A stretch of 64,000 bases of DNA from Takakia lepidozioides (Eukaryota; Plantae; Bryophyta). Under the pieces are notes generated by a model that was not told the origin of the DNA, did no database searches, and worked only from the letters and a program-made list of their open reading frames with translations. How positions within the stretch are numbered: position 1 is the stretch's first letter; every line of letters begins with the position of its first letter. Where the stretch lies: positions 67,084,001 through 67,148,000 of the forward strand of contig CM060732.1 in NCBI GenBank assembly GCA_030704615.1, read 5' to 3'. Both the position numbers and the translations under genes were made by a program. Of the stretch, positions 13,545-37,854 are shown one piece after another.

Positions 13545-14460
13545 TAGCTCTGATGGTCCCAAATTTAAAAGAATTAGTTAATAAATCAAGACCGTTAGTT
13601 CTCGCAGTCCCGAACTATCAAAGAAATATTTAATAAATCAGGACATCCACCTCTGGCGGTCCTGTTTATTTTTTAAAAACATTAATAAATTCGGTACCGC
13701 CAGCTCTGGCGGTCTCGAGTTTTAGAAAGATATTTGATAAATATGGGACCCCTACCTCAAACGGCCCCGAATTTACAAAAATAAAAATGAATCGGGACCG
13801 TCACCTCTGGTAATCCCCATTTTTAAAAATATTTAATAAAGCAGGACCGCCAAATCTGGCGGTCCAGAATTTTGAAAAAAATATTAAATAGATTGGGACT
13901 GCAAACCCTTAAGTTCCCGAATTTTAAAATGATATTCAATAAGTTTGGGAAAGCCAACTTTCGCAGTCCCGATTTTGAAGAAGATATTCAATAAATTGTG
14001 GGTCACCAGCTTTGTCAGTCGCGATGTTAAGAAAATATTTTAGTAAATAAGAACCATCAGCACTAACTGTCCCCATTTACAAGAAATTATTTAATAAATT
14101 CGGGACCACTAGCTCTGGCGGTTTTGAGTTTTTAAGAATAAAATTAAGACCGATAGAGCTAGCGATCCCGATTTGGTTTTTCGTTTTTTTTTTCCTGATA
14201 GAATCGGGACTGCCAGAGCTGGTGGTCCTGATTGTTTTTTGTTATTTTGTTATTTTGTTATTTTTTTTTGTTAGAATCTGGACCGCCGAGCTAGTGGTCC
14301 CAATCTTTAAATTTTTTTGGGATAATGTTTTTGGGATCTTTTCTTAAATTGTTTTTGATTTTTTTGGGCTGGATAAAATCGGGACTGCTCGAGCTGGATA
14401 TCGCAATTTTATCCCCATATTTATATATATATACACTGCCTCCTCTGGCTGTCTCAATTT
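13545..14460. repeat. Array of ~52-bp units with palindromic core GGGACCGCCAGCTCTGGCGGTCCC; orientation flips at ~14140
   Basis: About 11-12 degenerate units (13581, 13633, 13686, 13738, 13788, 13836, 13889, 13939, 13991, 14044, 14094) followed by ~4 inverted units (14140, 14202, 14275, 14377), with AT-rich linkers. Confidence 0.85.
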
Positions 14461-14587
14461 TATCCCAAAAAAACTTATAAAATAGTAAAAATTGCTGATT
14501 TCATTCAAAACAATTTATTAAAAAATAAACTCTAGTGGGTTATTTTGAGATCAGACCTCCGCTAGTTCCTACCGGTTACTTCATTAA

Positions 14588-15486
14588 CCCTTAAAACGTC
14601 CGAGCGACCCGATTCGGGTCGCTCGAGGATCGCTCCCGATTTTGTGGGGCCCACCACTACTGCAGATGAACTGGGATGAAGAAGCAGCCTGAAGATGAAA
14701 TGTGGTGCTTCAAGAGAGCTTTCCAACGCGCTTTACACCATGCAAATTGAGTAAATATGCCGCCCGAAATCTTTTTTGGCATGCAGGGGTACAGAAATCG
14801 CATAGCTGCCGCGCCGGTTGACTAGCAACGTGGTGTCCTCAGAATGGCTGGAAATGTGGGTACCATGTAGGGAGATCATGCCTTTTCCGGCAGACATCTG
14901 CCTAAACTTGTCAACCAATGGACATATCATATAAACCCACATGTTCTTTTGTGAATTTTCTCAAAAATTTTTACCGGTGTGTTGCTGGAGTGCTATGCTA
15001 CACACCCACCGTCGCAATCCTTTTTTTTTTTTCTCAAAATTGAGGTCCCAGCTGTCTATTGGGTAAGGGGTGTGAGAAATTCTCAATTTGCACCCTCTTG
15101 TGGTTACATATAAAGTGACCTATTCCAAATTTCGGAATTTGGGCTTCAAATTTTGATATCATGTTGGGGACATGATAGGCTATCAGGCGGTAGCATTTTT
15201 GGCTCAAGCATTTTTACCCGAAAAATTGAGAAAGCCATTGGTTAAACCTGCATTGTACCATATGTTCTCCCCAAATTTGTAAAATTAGCCATTTTCTTTT
15301 GTTATAATCTTTTTATTGAAAGAGTGAAATTTCTCCAAACTTGCAGGGTACCTGTACCATGGTTTATCTTCCATTTCGTACAGTTCATCCACGGGGATGA
15401 ATAGCTACAAAAAGTTACAGTGTCCATATGCAGGATATGTAGTGTTTTTGGGCGAAGATGCCAAAACAGGCGTGGACGTTTAGGGA
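14588..15486. mobile_element. piggyBac-like non-autonomous element (~900 bp)
   Basis: TTAA|CCCTTAAAACGTCC at left and GGACGTTTAGGGA|TTAA at right (TTAA at 14584-14587 and 15487-15490); subterminal palindrome cgagcgacccga-t-tcgggtcgctcg at 14601-14625. Confidence 0.7.
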
Positions 15487-16260
15487 TTAATAGATGCGTG
15501 AAAAAATAAAATAACTGTCCAAAATAACTGTCCAATAACACTAGTGGATACCTTATAACGGCCACAACGTGTCCAAAGGCTTCCCCCACCTATGTGATTT
15601 TAGAGTACATGCCGAAATGGTAGGCCCTCGGTAGGCCACATTGTAGGGAGTCACCTCTTATAGAATCTCTTTAATAAATATTAAAGATAAAAATTATTAG
15701 AAATATGAGAACTTGTTTAGCCGAAACCGAAGGGCACGGAGCAAGGCAGGCGGAAATCCCCATCTTGACAAATAAAATAGATTGAAAATGGTCAAACCAT
15801 TGTGATGTAATTAGGTAGAAAAATGGCAAATATCCACAAGAGACAAGATTTATATGCGACGTCTCAACTTGCACTTTCCTCTCAAACAATATAATAGAGA
15901 TAGAAAATGAAATGTTCAACATATTGTTCATCTCTCAAGTTTGACTACTAGGTGTGTTTCTTAACATTGTTTTATCGTGAAAATAAATTTTAATTGTCCA
16001 AATTTATCCATTTAAGATGAAAATATAACAAACTCTCCACTTCATTAATCACAATTTTGTTTTATCAGATGATGCCCAAAACATGCAAATGTCCAGCTTT
16101 GGGCAAATTCAAAACCAAAACATGGAACGGTTAATTTTTTTCTAATAAGAGTGGTTAAATCTTTGAATGGTTATTATTTCAATATATCTTGACAATCTTC
16201 TTATATTATTGATTACTTGAGAGGATGAATTTTAGTTCCAAAGTTTAGATATAATTGCTC

Positions 16261-16848
16261 GGAAGATAATAGGAATAATGTAAGAACTTAATGCACACGT
16301 GCGACCTCTGAAAGGATGTTACGCCGGTTTCCGGCATGTCAAATCTTCCTCACCCTCTCTTGAGAGTGACATGGAACTGAAGGAGTGTAAACTTGAGTCG
16401 GGGTTACACTGGGTTACACGACGAGGTGTGTAACTCCACTCGGGGTTATGTAACTCCTCTCGATGTAACTCACACTTGGTCTCGAAATTTGACTAAGTCC
16501 AAATTTGATGAAGTATAAAATGGACTAACGAGAGTTACACGAGGAACCGGGATTACAGAGGGTTACACCGATTGGAGGGTTACACTACCTGGGTTACACA
16601 CAAGCCCCTCCCATCAAGCATTGGACGCTGAACCTTGCCGCCTGCAACGCTACTACCTTACCATCACACTACCCACCACAGCTTGAAAAACCCACTTGGA
16701 TTCTGAAGTATTTAATAGTGAAACCGAGGTAAGAGGGGGGTGGGGAGGATTTGACCCCCCCCAAGGAGCCCAGGCCGCCGGAATCCGGCAAAAGCACCGT
16801 CAGATCACACGCGTCCATTAAGTTCTTACATTATTCCTATTGTCTTGC
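16261..16848. mobile_element. Mutator-like MITE (588 bp)
   Basis: ~45-bp TIR G(G/C)AAGA(T/C)AATAGGAATAATGTAAGAACTTAATG..; perfect 9-bp TSD TAATTGCTC at 16252-16260 and 16849-16857; internal GGGTTACAC repeats. Confidence 0.92.
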
Positions 16849-18624
16849 TAATTGCTCAATGCATGAATCCCCTACCATGGGAGAAATATGCCCCTCCAAA
16901 AAGCAAATTTATGGAGTGGAGAATTTGATATATTTAAATTATCCTAAATTAAATGTTTATATTAAGATTAACCTTAGAATAACTATTGAGTCATTTCTCA
17001 TTTCTTCATCCCGGTTTCTGGGATCCAAGCTGTTAACCGGTTAATGGGCAGCAGGGCGACTAAACATATTATACCCTGGACCAAGGAGGAGCTGCAAACC
17101 TACTGAGAAACCTTGACCACCAAAATCGACATGGTACGTGGGGACGGAATAGCAGAACTCCCTGATGACGAAAGCTGGCTTACTCACAAACCAGAGGAGC
17201 AACCAGACAATGACGACAACAGGAACAAGAAGCTGCCCACGACCAATTGCTATAAGTTTCTCATCATTCCAATTAGTCATCCAGGATGTGAAATATCACA
17301 TCCTCTGCAGTGGCTTCTTAACGGGACTGTTTTGTTATGACTTCTCGTCCCTCAAATTGCTGCTGGTCCATCCATCCGTACAATTGTTCATTCACTAATC
17401 ATCCAATTCATACGATTAGATCATCCAGATGTGCAATCCATTCGTTCTATACTTTAAGGGCCCTGATTTAAGCCCAAAGCCATTAATCCATTAATGAAGT
17501 TAATGAATGTATTCCTCAATTGATTCTTAAAGCAAGTTTAATTTGGGGTGCACTTTTCAACCACCGGCCTCCTACGACGTGAGGTAGTTAAGCAGCTAGA
17601 AGATTCGTAGAGTTATCCGCAGCTTAATTACGTATGCGCGTATACGGAAGATTCCATACCTCACCCACGAGCTACACACGTGCTACGCTGTCGGTTCCGT
17701 CAGATTCTCATTATTTTCTACATCAACGGTATTGATTCGCATACTTTACGTCGTATAGGGTTCTAACGTACGTACTTCAGGTTGACCGTACGCGGGACCC
17801 ACACGCGTTCTGTATTCTCTACATACTTGCAGTAAGTTTACGTATAGATAATAGAATGTACAAATTTACCTGTGACCGGACTGTCACTGACTTCTGTAGT
17901 ATTTAAAATTTGTTTTTTTTCGTGAAAATGCTTAGCTTTATGAAAGGTTGTAAGGGTTTTAATTTTTTTCCCTGCAATAATATTCAATAAAACTAACAAG
18001 GGCCTCATCCCCTTTCACCACAAAAAAGAAAAAAAGAAAAAAAAAGAAAAAAAAGGTTTTTTAGTTAGCCAAATCGGAGTGGCCTTAAGGCTGGCGGGCC
18101 CAAGTGGTTATTTTTACCACTTTTTCTTAATATGTTTCCAGGACCCCTATTCAGTAAAGATTGGAGTCCGTCCATATCGTAAGAGTATGCAACCAAGTTG
18201 TAGCCTCGTGGTAATGTGGAGGATAAGCCTCCCAGTGGAGGGGATTGAATGAGCCACACCACGAGGAGGTCACCTAGTGTAGGTATTCCCCCATCGGCAC
18301 AAGGAGGCTTATCGTGCGTGAAGAACGCACCAGAGAACGCAGATGGAACTGTGGATTCATAAGGCACCAGCCTGGCCCGTAGATTCACAGGTTTAAGGTC
18401 ACCGCTTTCCTTCGCGGAAAAATTCTGAAAGTTCTTTACGGGCACATACCACCTCGGAAGTGGTTGTGCATTCAATCCACCCATTGGTATCCACCTCCAG
18501 TCGGACCCTTTGGGGTAAGATGTAATCTATACTTCCTTGGGGAGGTGTTATACCTCTTCTTTTGTTTCTTTTTGAGAAAGGGAGTGGACACCCTTTCTTT
18601 TTGCAATCATGTCTTTTTGCACAT

Positions 18625-18700
18625 CGGCTGGTAGCTCAGCTGGTAAGTGCACAGTGTGTCGCCTTGGTGGTTCGGGGTTCGAACCCGCTGCCCTGCCCCC
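18625..18700 (+). other. tRNA-derived Pol III promoter-like sequence (SINE head or tRNA pseudogene)
   Basis: A box TAGCTCAGCTGG and B box GGTTCGAACCC at tRNA-like spacing; acceptor stem does not pair. Confidence 0.55.
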
Positions 18701-20604
18701 TGTGTGGGATTGTTCTTGACTGTATGTCTGGGCGTTGATCGTCCTGTAGAGGCCCATAAATGAGAGGGGGTTAATTTTTCCCCCCTCCTCAAGGGCCTGA
18801 ATTGTGGGCAGTCGCTCTCAGGTTTCTTTAAAAAAAAACAAAAAAAACATGTCTAACCGGCAACACATGTACTTTTGCAACACACGTACTTTAAAAAACA
18901 AAGAAAAAGTATATAGAACTTAGAGAAATCCGAAAAATAAAAACTTATGCGCAAAATGCAAGAAAAATGATCCCAAGTAAAGTTTCCCAGGGCACTGTCC
19001 CCTGTTAGTTAAAAAAGAAAAGGAAAAAGAAAACTCAGCTGGGAGAGATATACATGTATATATATATTAGTCGTATCTTACTCTAGGTGCCGACATTGTA
19101 GTACATACATACGTGTATCTTTGTTTGTGTATGTCTGTCTCGTGTACAGCCCAAGAGTGTAGATTGTCTTTGCAGTGAAGACTGCTCTCCAATCGTCTTG
19201 TCGCTCTACAAAACTCATTGCATGGTGTGTATCATGTTCAATGTTTTCGCACCTCAACGTCAGTAGAGACCCGGAAAGCTGCCTTCGCTTTGGCGTTCTT
19301 TAATGTATCTGTGAATCTTATCTCTACACATGAATTTTCATCATCCTCCATCTTACTCTAGTGAATTGATTTTGGAACCATTCCCTGAGTTGAGCAGACG
19401 ATGTCCAGTGATGTCCAATGGGTGTCGGCTATTGCGAAGTCTCTCTCCAATGACAACCTTGCAGCATCTCTTCTCTTTGAACGATGCCTGTGCCATCCAA
19501 GTCAGTCTCTTTCTCCGCTGACTCTTCCAAGATAGGCTGTGAAGAGAACGGCAGCTTTTTGTTTGGGTTGTGTCTCTGATCGGATTGATATCATTGATGT
19601 GATGAATCATGAAACAAAAGCTGGCGAGGCGAGCTGCACTGCTGTGAGCGAAGGATCGGCGTTGCCAATGTGGCTCCCGGATCATACATGGCCGACACCG
19701 TCCATCAATGCTGCCTTCTGCTTCGTCTTATTATACAGTAAACACTGCAAGAGGCAAAGAGGCAGCCAGCGCTCACAACTACACTGCGGCCGACACGGCG
19801 GATATAAGTAGCCCATTGTATTCGGGAAGATGGGCCCATGGCCGCCACTGTGCCTATGACCGCGCACGGCCAATTGGAGGTTTCCCCACGTGCCACCTGG
19901 CAACTGACGATGGGATTCAGTGTGCACACAAGCGCGGTGATTGGTGCGACCGTGAGTCAATATAATTTAATTTGCCTGACCTGCATGCAGTAAAAGGGCT
20001 CCCGTGTCCTCGACGGAGGGCATCTTGCGACTTCTACCCGGGGTAACTTTGTTTTACCAGGGGTAAGATGGGCTATTATAGGGCCATATAGGAGTATAAG
20101 CCCTAATATAGCCGGTTGCTGGCAGGTTGGCAGGATCAAAGTCAGAGCTGCTGGATAATTGATAGATACGTGAGAAAGACGGCGGCGCTATGTCTGCGGA
20201 CGATCGATCCACGAGAGTGAGGGAGAGAGAATATACATAAATGGAGGAGGAGGAGCTTGAAGGTGGTGGGAGCGAGAGAGGCAGGTTGAAGAATTTTGGG
20301 GCTCGAGAAGAGAGATTCTCTCTAGAAGAGCAGTGAGGAACTGTTGGTTTTTGTAAGGAAGCGAGAAGCAGTGGCTGATGAGGGAAAGAGCTGTTTGGAG
20401 AAGGGAGAGAGAGACATGTAGGAGAGAGAGACATGTAGGAGAGAGAGACATGTAGGAGAGAGCACTACTGAGAATCTAGTCAAAGGCTTGAGTGTCTGTG
20501 TGTGAGAAAGGCTGTGTATTTGCTTGAAATAGAGGCAGAAACGAGGAGGTAAGTAGTGGGACACAAGTCAGAGAGTTAGTGAGTTGGCAGCCTTGGAGAA
20601 AATT

Positions 20605-23013
20605 ATGGAGGATGTGTTGCAGCAAGCATGGCGAGCTGCAGCTGAATTGACAGACCAAATCTTTGGCAGCAAGAAAATTAAAGCATGGACTGGGTTGCTG
20701 ATGGCGTTGCTGGCAACGGTATTAGTGGTAACCAAGGTGACGAGTCCAAAGCGCTTGAATCTTCCTCCAGGTCCTCGTGCATGGCCCATCGTGGGATCGC
20801 TCTTCGCACTTGGGCATGCGGGTTGTCCCCCTTGTAGAAGGTTTGCCGCTTTGGCGGAGCGCTACGGACCTGTCATGTTTCTCTGGATGGGGTCTGTTCC
20901 GACATTGGTGGTGTCAAACGCTCATATGGCAATGGCACTGCTCAAAACTCATGACCAGAAGTTTGCATCCCGACCACGCCTAGCGACAGGGAAACACTTG
21001 GGTTACAATTACAGCAGCGTTGTGTTCGCTCCCAGTGGTCCCCATTTCCGGCGTATGCGAAAAATCTACACCTCAGAGCTGCTCTCAAGCTCGAAGGTGG
21101 AATTGTTCCATGGACTTCGGAAGGACGAGGTGAGAGCTCTGCTGAGTTGTATGGCTAAGCGTTCAAGAGGCGAGCCTGATGGCACGTCCGTCTCAACAGT
21201 GAATGTGACACCGCTCTTGCTGTCTGCAAATTTGAACGTTTTGAGTCGTATGATTTTTGGCAAGAGGATTTTTGGAGAAGAGAAGACTGCCTTATCTGCT
21301 CCGGAGGTGGAGGAGTTCAAGATGTTTGTGAAGGAGGCTACTAAGCTTGTGGGAACATTCAACATTGGCGACTACATTCCTTCACTTCGGTGGCTCGACC
21401 TGCAAGGTGCGAGGTGGCCAGTACGCTATTTCAGACTATCTAGAAAAGCACGCACGAAACAGTACTTCAATAAGTTTTTGAGCTGATTCATTACATTTTC
21501 ATGTCTGTTGATACCCAGACAGTCCTTATCCTGTTTACCGACACGATCCTTGCTGAACAGTTGCAATTCGATTTTTGAAGCTAATCGTAGAAACCAATTC
21601 GTCTTACAGATGTAGCTCCAGGCTCCAGGACAAGCCAACTTCCACGAATGAGTGCCGCTATAAAGTAGTGTAATTCGTTGCAGAGCTATGAGATTCTTGC
21701 ATAACAGGTTGCTAATGGTTTCAGGGGTAGAGCGTACACTGCGACTGCTGAAGCCACGTCAAGAAGGTCTTTTGGTGCCTCTCATTCAGCAGCACCGCCG
21801 GAGACGCGAAGCAGCGGCCTACGCCAGCCTGGACGGTGTCATGAAACAAGATGGCCAGGCCGACTTCATAGCCTCGCTGGTTGCAGGCTACAGTGATATT
21901 TCAGATGAGACAATCACTGCTGTGGCAATTGTAAGTGGCTTTCTAGCATGTCTGTCTCTTGCACAAGTGCATCAAGATGATTAAAGGCCTGGAAACTGGA
22001 AAGCTGGTGTACGCTCACATTGTGGAGTGGGGGTTTCATGGAGTTGGGGTACGCCCATATTGTAGGTGAGTGTACAGCTAAGTTTAGTGTGAGCTAGTAG
22101 TACACTGGATATTTCACGCTGTCCCCTCGTGCTGCAGATAATCTTTCTGTTTCCTGTCATTTGTAGTGATCTGTGCAACTAACCGCAGACTCGAACCTAA
22201 AAGAGTTGGGGATGCTGAGTTGCCAGCTGCCGCCTGCGATGCCGTCAGAGGGATAATAGGCGCTGAGAGTATGAATCCTTGTTAGTTTCCGTAAATCTAG
22301 TAAGTGCCCTCTGGACAACTGTATCATGCATGCAAACGTGTACTAAAATTGTGCGCCTGTGCGTGCGTACATCGATGCAGGACTTGCTTGTGGGAGGGAG
22401 TGATAGCACGTCAGTCGCTATTGAATGGGCACTGGCTGAGCTTCTCCGTCATCCCCAGATCTTACTGAAAGCCCAGGAGGAGCTCGACTTAGTGGTGGGT
22501 CGAGATAGGCTGGTGGAGGAATCCGACATAGTCAAGCTCCCTTTTTTCAACTGCATCATGAAGGAGTCTCTTCGTCTCCACCCGCCGACCCCCCTCGGTG
22601 TTCCGCACTCGAGCACAGAGGCCTGTGAAATCGGTGGCTATCACATACCAGCCAACACAACGGCCTACATCAACATTTGGGCCATTGGAAGAGACCCTCT
22701 GGTGTGGGAAAACCCAACTGAGTTTTGTCCCGACCGTTTTATCGGCTCTGGAGTGAACGTGTATGGACAGGACTTCCATCTCCTTCCGTTCTCGTCCGGC
22801 AGGCGAGGATGCCCAGGAGTCCATTTGGCCTTGGCCTCCTTGAAGCTCACGTTGGCAAACTTGTTGCATTGCTTTTCATGGGCTCCTCCGCCTCCGATGA
22901 AACCCGAAGACATCGACATGAGGGAGAGAGTTGGTACTGTTGGTGCAAGGCTTACTCCTTTGGTTGTCTCTGTGAAGGTTCGATTGCCACTGGACGTGAT
23001 ACAAAACTCGTAG
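20605..23013 (+). CDS. Cytochrome P450, CYP71 clan (~546 aa)
   Basis: Exons 20605-21406, 21725-21930 and 22381-23013 with GT-AG introns join in frame; N-terminal TM, LPPGPRAWP, I-helix GGSDST, ESLR, PDRF, heme motif FSSGRRGCPG. Confidence 0.95.
22020..22250 (-). mobile_element. Putative tRNA-derived SINE in P450 intron 2
   Basis: Minus-strand B box GGTTCGAGTC; body (ctgca..gggg..tgtacta..ctccatga..ccccc) resembles 56825-57015. Confidence 0.45.
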
Positions 23014-23049
23014 ATCTGGAAACGCAACAGTTGAACGTAAAGCGTAATA

Positions 23050-23158
23050 CTGGATTGACTGGCAAAGAGGAAGAGATGGAAGATCTGAGGTGCAAGTTTG
23101 GATGTGATATCCAACGCTACATGCATTCAGATCTTCCATCTCTTCCACGGTAGTCCAG
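23050..23158. ncRNA. miRNA-precursor-like hairpin in the P450 3' UTR
   Basis: Perfect 20-bp inverted repeat ggaagagatggaagatctga (23069-23088) / tcagatcttccatctcttcc (23127-23146), with further imperfect pairing inside and outside. Confidence 0.5.
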
Positions 23159-25056
23159 GTCTGGAAATACAAATGACTCCAAACTTGAAGCATGGACGAT
23201 TCGGAGGTATATACAGAAACCAACTTGCAGGGAATGGGTTTGCGATTAGCTTGCACCATTCAATCATTCCTGCAAGATCTATATGGCAAATCTCGGGATC
23301 CCTGTCTTGTGACAAGCTCGGGGGTATTGGGTAGCTGCCAAAGACTTGTCCGGTTATTATTTTTCAGCATCTCCGTTGTCAAACATTCAGTCCTAGGAGT
23401 TGGAGGCCATGCAGAGCTCTGTAGTGTGAATTGTGAACCACTTGAATCCCAAGCTGAGGTGGGCAGGTTCTTACTTAGCCTGCATTTGCAGATCCTATGA
23501 TGCTTTAGTGAAGCTTATATGAAATACCAGCTCTGGTTGCACAGTTGGCCAGCGTTAGATTGCTAACTTTTGAACCTTCAACTCTTAAAATTCTCCCATT
23601 AAGAATATCTTTCCTACTTCTAGATGTCGAAGGTATCCTCGGTTTCATGAGCGAAAATGATGAGGTAAGGTTATATTGTACAGAAGACGGTATAGTCTTT
23701 GAAGCAAGTTCTTCACTTTCACAGTTTCCAAGGCTTTCTTGCAGAGTTTGGGGCCTCCTAAAACCTTCTGGACGGTAGACTATAAGACCATTCACACATT
23801 CAACAAATGCGAAGGGTAAGTTTTCTACAGTGTTGTGTACCATCCCAACAAATTGGAAGGCCTAGCCTTCACCATCCTAGCAACATTATTAAAAATTCTT
23901 CCCACACCAAATAGACGATTAACTGCATCAAGCTTCAAGTTTTTGTACACAAACAAAAGGAACGAAGTACCTTTTACTTCACGAGCCCCCTTTCATGATT
24001 GACAATCTCTTTGACTCCCCTGTTCATAACTCCATGCTTCTATGAAATTGTAACCATTTTTAGTGACATGTGAAGCTACTACCACGGAACCCATAAAAGG
24101 TGTATTGATGGTGGTTAGGTGGGTGAAATTTCGAGAAAGGAGGATGCTCAATATGAAGGATACAGAACATTGCATTAGCACCTTACAACAATAGTTTATC
24201 ATCAAACCAGTCCAGTGCCAAAACTGTAGTCATCACTAGTTCACCAGAAGAGTAAATTGAAAAGGTTTGAATTGAAGAGGAGTGAAGCTCAAATTGCGAT
24301 ATATACCTACCCATATAATAATCCCATAATGTTAATCATAAGCCTGCATCCTCCTCACTGGCCTTGAGACAAACAGCTCAAAGAAGGTTAGAGACGAACA
24401 AAGTTCATCCCTTCTTGCGGCATCGACATTAAGATTGAGATCAATGGCACTGTACCTCAGTCATCGTTAACATAAATGCCCTGCACTGGTTTGAATTGGA
24501 ATTCCCTCTTTCTGTACCGCTGCTTTGGTAGCACACATTCTCTTCTATTGTTGATGCTCGTCTGCCTCAAGCTGTCACAGAGCTGCCCCCCAAAGTAGAA
24601 CATTCCTCTCCAAAAGCAATGGTCGAAGAATTGCATTACTCCAAAGACCATAGTTTGCAGTGTTCAATCTCCTAGGGCTACTGGAGGGATAGCCACCTTA
24701 AGAGCATTGAACTAGGGTAAGGTGAGGTTAAATATCCCCAGTCCTCAGTTGCCCAGACCACTCTCCATCCCCCATCTAAAAATGGGGACAACACTGCTAT
24801 GTGTTAGTCCTAGTACCCAAGTTTATCCAGAGAGGACTTCCCTTTGGGAATATTCTCTTGTCAACTTTGGCGAAAATTTCGGCCACCATCTCTAAGTGGC
24901 ACAATAAACCGTGCTCCTGTCTAAACTAACTGTGGAGCAGGCTTTCCTTTGATCTTCTAACCAATCATTCACCTGGAAAAGGTCGCTACTCAAATTTCCT
25001 GGAGGATGTTCAAGCACCTTAGCTGGCCATCACTCTGATATTGTTGGAGAAATTTT

Positions 25057-36656
<11,600 letters not shown>

Positions 36657-36897
36657 TCCTGATGCCTTCTTCTACGAGATACTATGCCTACGAGAGACAG
36701 ACAGACAACTGGGCAGCAAAAAGAATGGAAAGGTTTATTGAACGCAAACCCATGTGAGAAATTTAACGAGAGAGAGGGAGCCCACAATCTCCAGATGGGA
36801 AGAATCAGTGAAAGGGTGGTGATCGATACAGACAGGAACCTCCACAGGGTTTACGGAGGCTCCCCAAATAGATAACAGCAGAAACAGAGCGACGGAA

Positions 36898-36932
36898 GGC
36901 GGGAAAGCCCATATATGTCTTGTTTTTGGGCC
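36898..36932. promoter_or_regulatory. E2F site and site II elements in the DDM1 / PPR divergent promoter
   Basis: GGCGGGAAA (reverse complement TTTCCCGCC) at 36898-36906, overlapping AAGCCCA, plus TGGGCC at ~36927. Confidence 0.6.
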
Positions 36933-37854
36933 ATTTTGTTTTTTGAATATGGGACACCTGAGGCATCGTACTAGTGCCTATTGCGTTGTGCATTTCACCT
37001 TTCATCTCACAACATTGACCCCTATATACCTTCTTGTATTCCCCTCAGAAGTTGGCGGCTTTGTATGACATGCTATCTGATCAATCTTAGCAGTTGTAGA
37101 CACGAGAAATTTTGGTGCTAATCACGGCCCATCATCGTGTCGGCAAGCTTTTATATTGATGAATGCAATTCTTCCCACTTGCGAGTCCACCTACACACAG
37201 GCACAAAGGTGGTACAGTTTGTTGTGGATGTTGAGAGAATGTGCTAAATCTTGGGGCCATGTAGCTCACTCGAAGACCAAGTAAAGAGACTTAGAAAACG
37301 GAGCAGCACATGATGGTTCGGAAATATGCGTGACCCGTGAAGCCCAGTGATGTTTTTCCAATGGAGGACGGGTTGGTTGTACCAGAAACATAGCATCTGA
37401 TCCTCTCACACTCAGTGGTGTGATGGCAGCGTGCTCCGGGGTTCTCCTGAGCGCGCACGCAGACTCCATACCCAAGGCCTTGTCTTGTCATGCGAGAGGC
37501 CCCGCATCATGCAGCAGATTAAGGGGCTGGCCCGTGGAGCTGCAACCGGCATCCCCCTTTCCCTTGGGAATGCGCCAAGGACGCAGTTCTTTGCAAGAAG
37601 TTGATATGACGCCTCCCAAGCATTCAGGGATACCAACGAAATTAGGTGATAATACAGGATACTGTGCGATGTTTTTTTTGGTGTCTCTGTGTTGTACGCA
37701 TCTTAGACTCCAGGCTTGAATTGTTGTTTGACCCATCCAGCAAAACTTGGATAATCTAGTCGAAGAAGCAAAAAGCACACATGAAGCGTTGTAATCGACA
37801 GCCTCCTCCTCTTTAAACTTTTTGGGTATCTGGCAAGCAGGTAATTGCTGGAGC

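Noticed and set aside
13545-14460. CRISPR-like repeat array
   Set aside because: Repeats are degenerate, linkers are similar AT-rich stretches rather than unique spacers, orientation flips, there are no cas genes, and the context is eukaryotic.
18625-18700. Functional tRNA gene
   Set aside because: A and B boxes are present but the acceptor and anticodon stems do not pair.
19340-19400. Homeobox-like WFQN motif on the minus strand (QLREWFQNQFTR)
   Set aside because: No helix 1/2 pattern at the right spacing and an upstream in-frame stop; probably chance.
24675-24697. miR390-like match (ggagggatagc) suggesting a TAS3 or target site
   Set aside because: Only an 11-nt core matches, the seed region mismatches, and there is no second site or tasiARF sequence.
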